Assembly: GCA_903813345.2 (NCBI GenBank)
Contig: CAIIXF020000001.1
Coordinates: 14,942,001 to 15,006,000, forward strand
Source of the DNA: Owenia fusiformis
Taxonomy: Eukaryota
Direction of reading: 5' to 3'
DNA length: 64,000 nt
Part shown: positions 61,701 through 64,000 of the stretch, piece by piece
Position numbering within the stretch: position 1 is the stretch's first letter
Layout: the number at the start of each line of letters is the position of its first letter
Position numbers and translations under genes: made by a program
Notes under the pieces: model-generated
The model's input: the letters and a program-made list of their open reading frames with translations, nothing else
Database searches by the model: none
Told to the model about the DNA's origin: nothing

Positions 61701-64000
61701 TGAATTGACACATATTATCTACATATGGTATATGACGTTAATATACCTTATACCAAGACCCGATGTCCCATGCCCATTGTCTTGGTTCATACACGCCAAC
61801 TTCCAATCCACTGGTCAACCAATTTGACTCTCCCACTACAGCTTCGTCCTCAATCAGTCCCTGAACAAATGCATACTCACCGTCTGTGTCAAGACTAACC
61901 AGCCTAGCTCCCAGATCTGCGCACGCACTTTTGGCTAGCACGTGACCATTGACATTCTGGCCAGAGCTAACCCAATAACAATGGTTGTCATAGAATTCCC
62001 CACCTCTGCTCTCACAATCTATTAAAACGTTAAATATTACAAGTGCTACGTCGTCCACATCTAACGATGCTTTAAACTTTAATTTGCGCAATCAATTTCA
62101 ACAACAGTAGATAACCTGATACAATATTTACCCAACACTGTCACGTTCGCAACACCTGGCGTATCATCTCTACAATATGGTATACCACAGAATCTCCATC
62201 GCACGTTAGGGTCTGTTGTGTAGCACCAAGGACCTCCTCCCTCGCCATCTGGGTTTCTGGACGGATTAAAAGTCATTCGTGAAAATTATGAAGAAAATGA
62301 CAGTGAAAGTGATGTACACATTCATACAGATTCCTTGACTAAAAAATGACAATGTATTTAGGAGAAAGCAATACGAGGACATAAAATCCCGGCATAAAAT
62401 GCACTCTATTCAAAGTGGCAATGGGAGTATTTGTTATTTGCTAGGAATATGATGTTCTCTAGACTTGGTTCATTGAATGACATTTACCTGTAAATCATTA
62501 TGTTCATTATAAGGTCTTTGGTGATCCAATTATAAGCATGCCTTAAAAATGTTAGTATCTACCTGCAATAATTAGCTGCATCTGCCAAGGTGGCATCAGG
62601 AAAGTCGTCAGGATTTGTTCTAGTATGACTGTGAGGTGTTTGACTGTCCCAGCGCTGACATGTTATACCAGTCATAGTTGTACTCCTCGTACCAATATAC
62701 TCTCGACCCATACGAGTTGCCTTACATTGCGTAGCTGAAATTGACAGATACCAATGAAGTCAGTGCAGCAGAAATGTACACTCGGTGAGAATGAACTTCT
62801 CTTGGAGACGTATGCACAAAGGAATTCCCCCTCTTCTTCCGATTTTTGATATATAATGATGAACAAAGAATACCTACTTAGCCTAGACAAATTCCATATA
62901 TCTTTAAATACGCGTACTGTAGTACCTGTTTTACACTCGACGACATAGTATATGTACCACTCTTGGCCAGGGTTTCCATTGGTAGATGTTCCACTGACGG
63001 GCTCCGGACTAAGTCTACATTCTCTCGTCTGTAAGTTATAATCACACGATTTACAAGTAAACGTTGTCTCCTGAAGGCAGGCAGTTTTACATCCTTCCTG
63101 TGTGAGATCTTGTACCGTCTTCTGAGGCGTTCCAGGCATTGCTGTTCCAGGGAACCGATTGAATACCCTTTGCAGACACTCTTATTAAAAATAAAAACAG
63201 TACTTTGCAGAACAAAGATATTTAATTAAAAATGGTAAAGGGGTATATGAAAACGATGAAATCAAGGTAAAATGACACTCTATTGCACTGATCTCGTACA
63301 TTGTCGTATGACACATGATACAATTTAAATAGTCAGTTACCACTCAGACTCAAACAAATTCTACCTTCAGCTTGATACAGCATGCCTTCTTCGCTATCAT
63401 CTGCTATAAGGTAGTCCACTTGAGATTCTAGCGGTTTTTGCTTCTCAATAGTTTCTTGGAGCAGTTCGTCTTTCACTTCGTACATGACATGATCACCATA
63501 ATTTTCAACTTGATGGTCACGGGATGGCATGATTGCTCTAATCGTTTCTCCACTCTTTATAAGCCCGATCTGGAAATAAATAAATGACAATTGAAAAATA
63601 AACTTATTGATGCAAACCATGAAACATTTGATAGTGAAAACAATTTTTAATAGAAAGAATACTTCAGCAGCCTAAACGTGTATTGGAAGAAACGATGCAA
63701 CACTACCATTTTGCCAATACAAACTGTGGCTATCACAGGACCACTGTATTGCTCCCCTTTAATCACAGATATAGTTTCGCCACTGTATACACAATCAGGG
63801 TCAAATGTTATGCGCTGCTCATGCCCATCTTTGGTCGTATAAACGGACTGGAATTCCGATCCTGCTAGTACCCTGGCATCTCTTTTGAGTCTCACTACAT
63901 GAGTATCACGATCGGCCTGAAGTACAACCAGACGGACATCAAGATCATTGAACCAAACATATATAAGTTCTATTTCATCGTTTTGATGTGGAATACCATT
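31728..64000 (-). CDS. ADAMTS-like M12B zinc metalloprotease with PAN/apple, two kringle and C-type lectin domains; 5' end beyond window, >=1054 aa
   Basis: 21 phase-consistent exons: 64000-63707 and 63569-63365 (prodomain); 63180-62926 (PAN); 62734-62563 and 62256-62132 (kringle 1); 62018-61747 and 61572-61422 (CTL); 61298-61159, 60132-60049, 58964-58852, 58656-58528 and 57087-56953 (catalytic, HELGHT|MGMRHD, Met-turn GYMMS); 56801-56612 and 56166-56062 (LPGQ..D...QC, EGT.C, disintegrin-like); 55927-55749 and 51616-51559 (TSP1, [37 protein letters not shown]...CNNQ); 33168-33036 (Cys-rich start); 32828-32657 and 32510-32422 (kringle 2); 31990-31845 (DGTAC...CVEGFC); 31745-31728 (stop). Minus-strand AATAAA at 31666-31671. 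Confidence 0.9.
32073..32430. repeat. ~180-bp tandem duplication in a protease intron that includes a splice donor
   Basis: 32073-32250 is near-identical to 32251-32430. Both end in GAGGTGTATACCTCCA, the minus-strand GGAG|GTATAC. Confidence 0.85.
33211..33844. mobile_element. Tc1/mariner MITE, family A copy 1
   Basis: TA-CAGGGTGTCCCGAAAGTATG...ACCCTG-TA. Internal [12 protein letters not shown] resembles the Tc1 WP.NSPDLNPIEN motif. Confidence 0.85.
35102..35745. mobile_element. Tc1/mariner MITE, family A copy 2 (nested)
   Basis: TA-CAGGGTGTCCCGAAAGTATGGG...CATACTTTCGGGACACCCTG-TA. Confidence 0.9.
35886..36404. mobile_element. Nested MITE with 9-bp TSD and internal short tandem repeats
   Basis: TIRs CCCAGGGGTTCACTG and CAGTGAACCCCCCGG. 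TGTAAAATA is duplicated at 35877-35885 and 36405-36413. Internal (ACCAATGCCATACCAAAT)-like repeats. Confidence 0.8.
36650..38525 (+). mobile_element. Degenerate RLE-class non-LTR retrotransposon (HERO-like) RT and zinc-knuckle relic
   Basis: Frameshifted peptides [25 protein letters not shown] (RT YADD-equivalent), [33 protein letters not shown]....CPKC and NHILS...YRWRHD. Confidence 0.8.
39228..40450. mobile_element. Transib-like non-autonomous element with CAC termini and 5-bp TSD
   Basis: Left end CACGGTGCCCATGTCAAGCTGCGCGCCTACT; right end (reverse complement) CACGATGCCCATGTCAAGCAGCGTGCCTACT. TSD TCAAC at 39223-39227 and 40451-40455. Many internal CAAACTGCGYGC repeats in both orientations. 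Confidence 0.8.
42080..42490 (+). promoter_or_regulatory. Candidate promoter of the TM-PARP gene with STAT/GAS, CRE, C/EBP, CCAAT and TATA motifs
   Basis: TTCCCGGAA 42085-42093, TGACGTCA 42099-42106, TTATGCAA ~42144, CTGATTGG ~42192 and TATATAA ~42478. A possible 5'UTR donor GTAAGT lies at ~42632. Confidence 0.4.
43642..50506 (+). CDS. Multi-pass (~8 TM) membrane protein fused to a C-terminal PARP (ARTD) catalytic domain, ~612 aa, nested antisense in a protease intron
   Basis: Exons 43642-43768 (tentative first exon), 48187-48906, 49343-50065 and 50238-50506, all joined in phase 1. PARP motifs: [77 protein letters not shown]. The last three exons are well supported; the first exon and the 48187 acceptor are less certain. 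Confidence 0.85.
44304..44852. mobile_element. Foldback MITE with TAG...CTA termini and 3-bp TSD (Academ-like)
   Basis: TAGTACTACGGCCAAG...CTTGGCCGTAGTACTA with ~160-190-bp inverted arms and AAA on both sides. Confidence 0.8.
44923..45515. mobile_element. Probable Crypton-like non-autonomous element
   Basis: GTTATTCAC...GTGAATAAC inverted ends, with internal GATATTTCCCGAAGG and CCGAGGAATA motifs. Confidence 0.4.
46393..47948. mobile_element. Non-autonomous TIR element with CpG-rich TIRs, carrying a nested MITE
   Basis: CTATGACGCGGTATCGCCGCCAGAACCGCGCGAA and TTCGCGCGGTTCTGGTGGCGATACCGCGTCATAG. No clear TSD. Confidence 0.75.
46678..47323. mobile_element. Tc1/mariner MITE, family A copy 3 (nested)
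   Basis: Near-identical to 35102-35745 in the opposite orientation, with TA TSD. Confidence 0.9.
52738..53223 (+). pseudogene. Academ-type transposase C-terminal fragment with tesmin/CXC-like Cys cluster
   Basis: [28 protein letters not shown]...P..HGW......IKW....[37 protein letters not shown], followed by an acidic tail. The 5' part is missing. Confidence 0.8.
53244..53722. mobile_element. Inverted-repeat MITE
   Basis: CACTGGTGATCCGCTCGATTA and TAATCGAGTGGATCAC, with internal symmetry around ~53460. Confidence 0.75.
57350..58356 (-). mobile_element. Tc1/mariner (maT/rosa-like) element with decayed transposase
   Basis: ~170-bp TIRs beginning TA-CAGGGTGTCCAAAAAAAA.CAGGACCGTAAG. Minus-strand relic peptides [21 protein letters not shown]...PH and PHSPDLNP. 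Confidence 0.85.
60218..60826. mobile_element. Tc1/mariner-type MITE
   Basis: TA-CAGGGTGTCAAATAAGTCCCG...CGGGACTCATTTGACACCCTG-TA. Confidence 0.85.

Noticed and set aside
1-64000. tRNA, rRNA or other structured ncRNA genes
   Set aside because: None recognised by eye. tRNAscan-SE and Infernal would be needed to exclude them.

Overview
AT-rich, intron-rich eukaryotic genomic DNA, not prokaryotic. The gene and transposon content points to a marine invertebrate, probably a lophotrochozoan (inference). Exons were assembled by hand from GT-AG sites and codon phase. Genes, in order: (1) a 148-aa calmodulin-sized protein with four degenerate EF-hands (+, 4586-8580); (2) an 86-aa single-pass membrane microprotein (+); (3) an AA15-type lytic polysaccharide monooxygenase (+, 15502-20184) with a ~28-copy minisatellite that reiterates one of its splice donors; (4,5) two tandem TIMP paralogues (-); (6) directly upstream of them on the same strand, a >=21-exon ADAMTS-like zinc protease (-, 31728 to beyond 64000). 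The protease has a shuffled architecture: prodomain, PAN, kringle, C-type lectin, M12B, disintegrin-like, TSP1, then a Cys-rich domain split by a second kringle, with no spacer. (7) Nested antisense in its 18-kb intron is a gene fusing ~8 transmembrane segments to a PARP catalytic domain with an H-Y-E triad, plus (8) a paralogous fragment of it split by a 7-kb Academ-like composite transposon. Much of the remaining sequence is non-autonomous DNA transposons (Tc1/mariner, Academ, Transib, Kolobok, piggyBac, hAT, Harbinger and Crypton-like) and one RLE-type LINE relic. All family assignments come from visual motif recognition. No database searches or transcript data were available.
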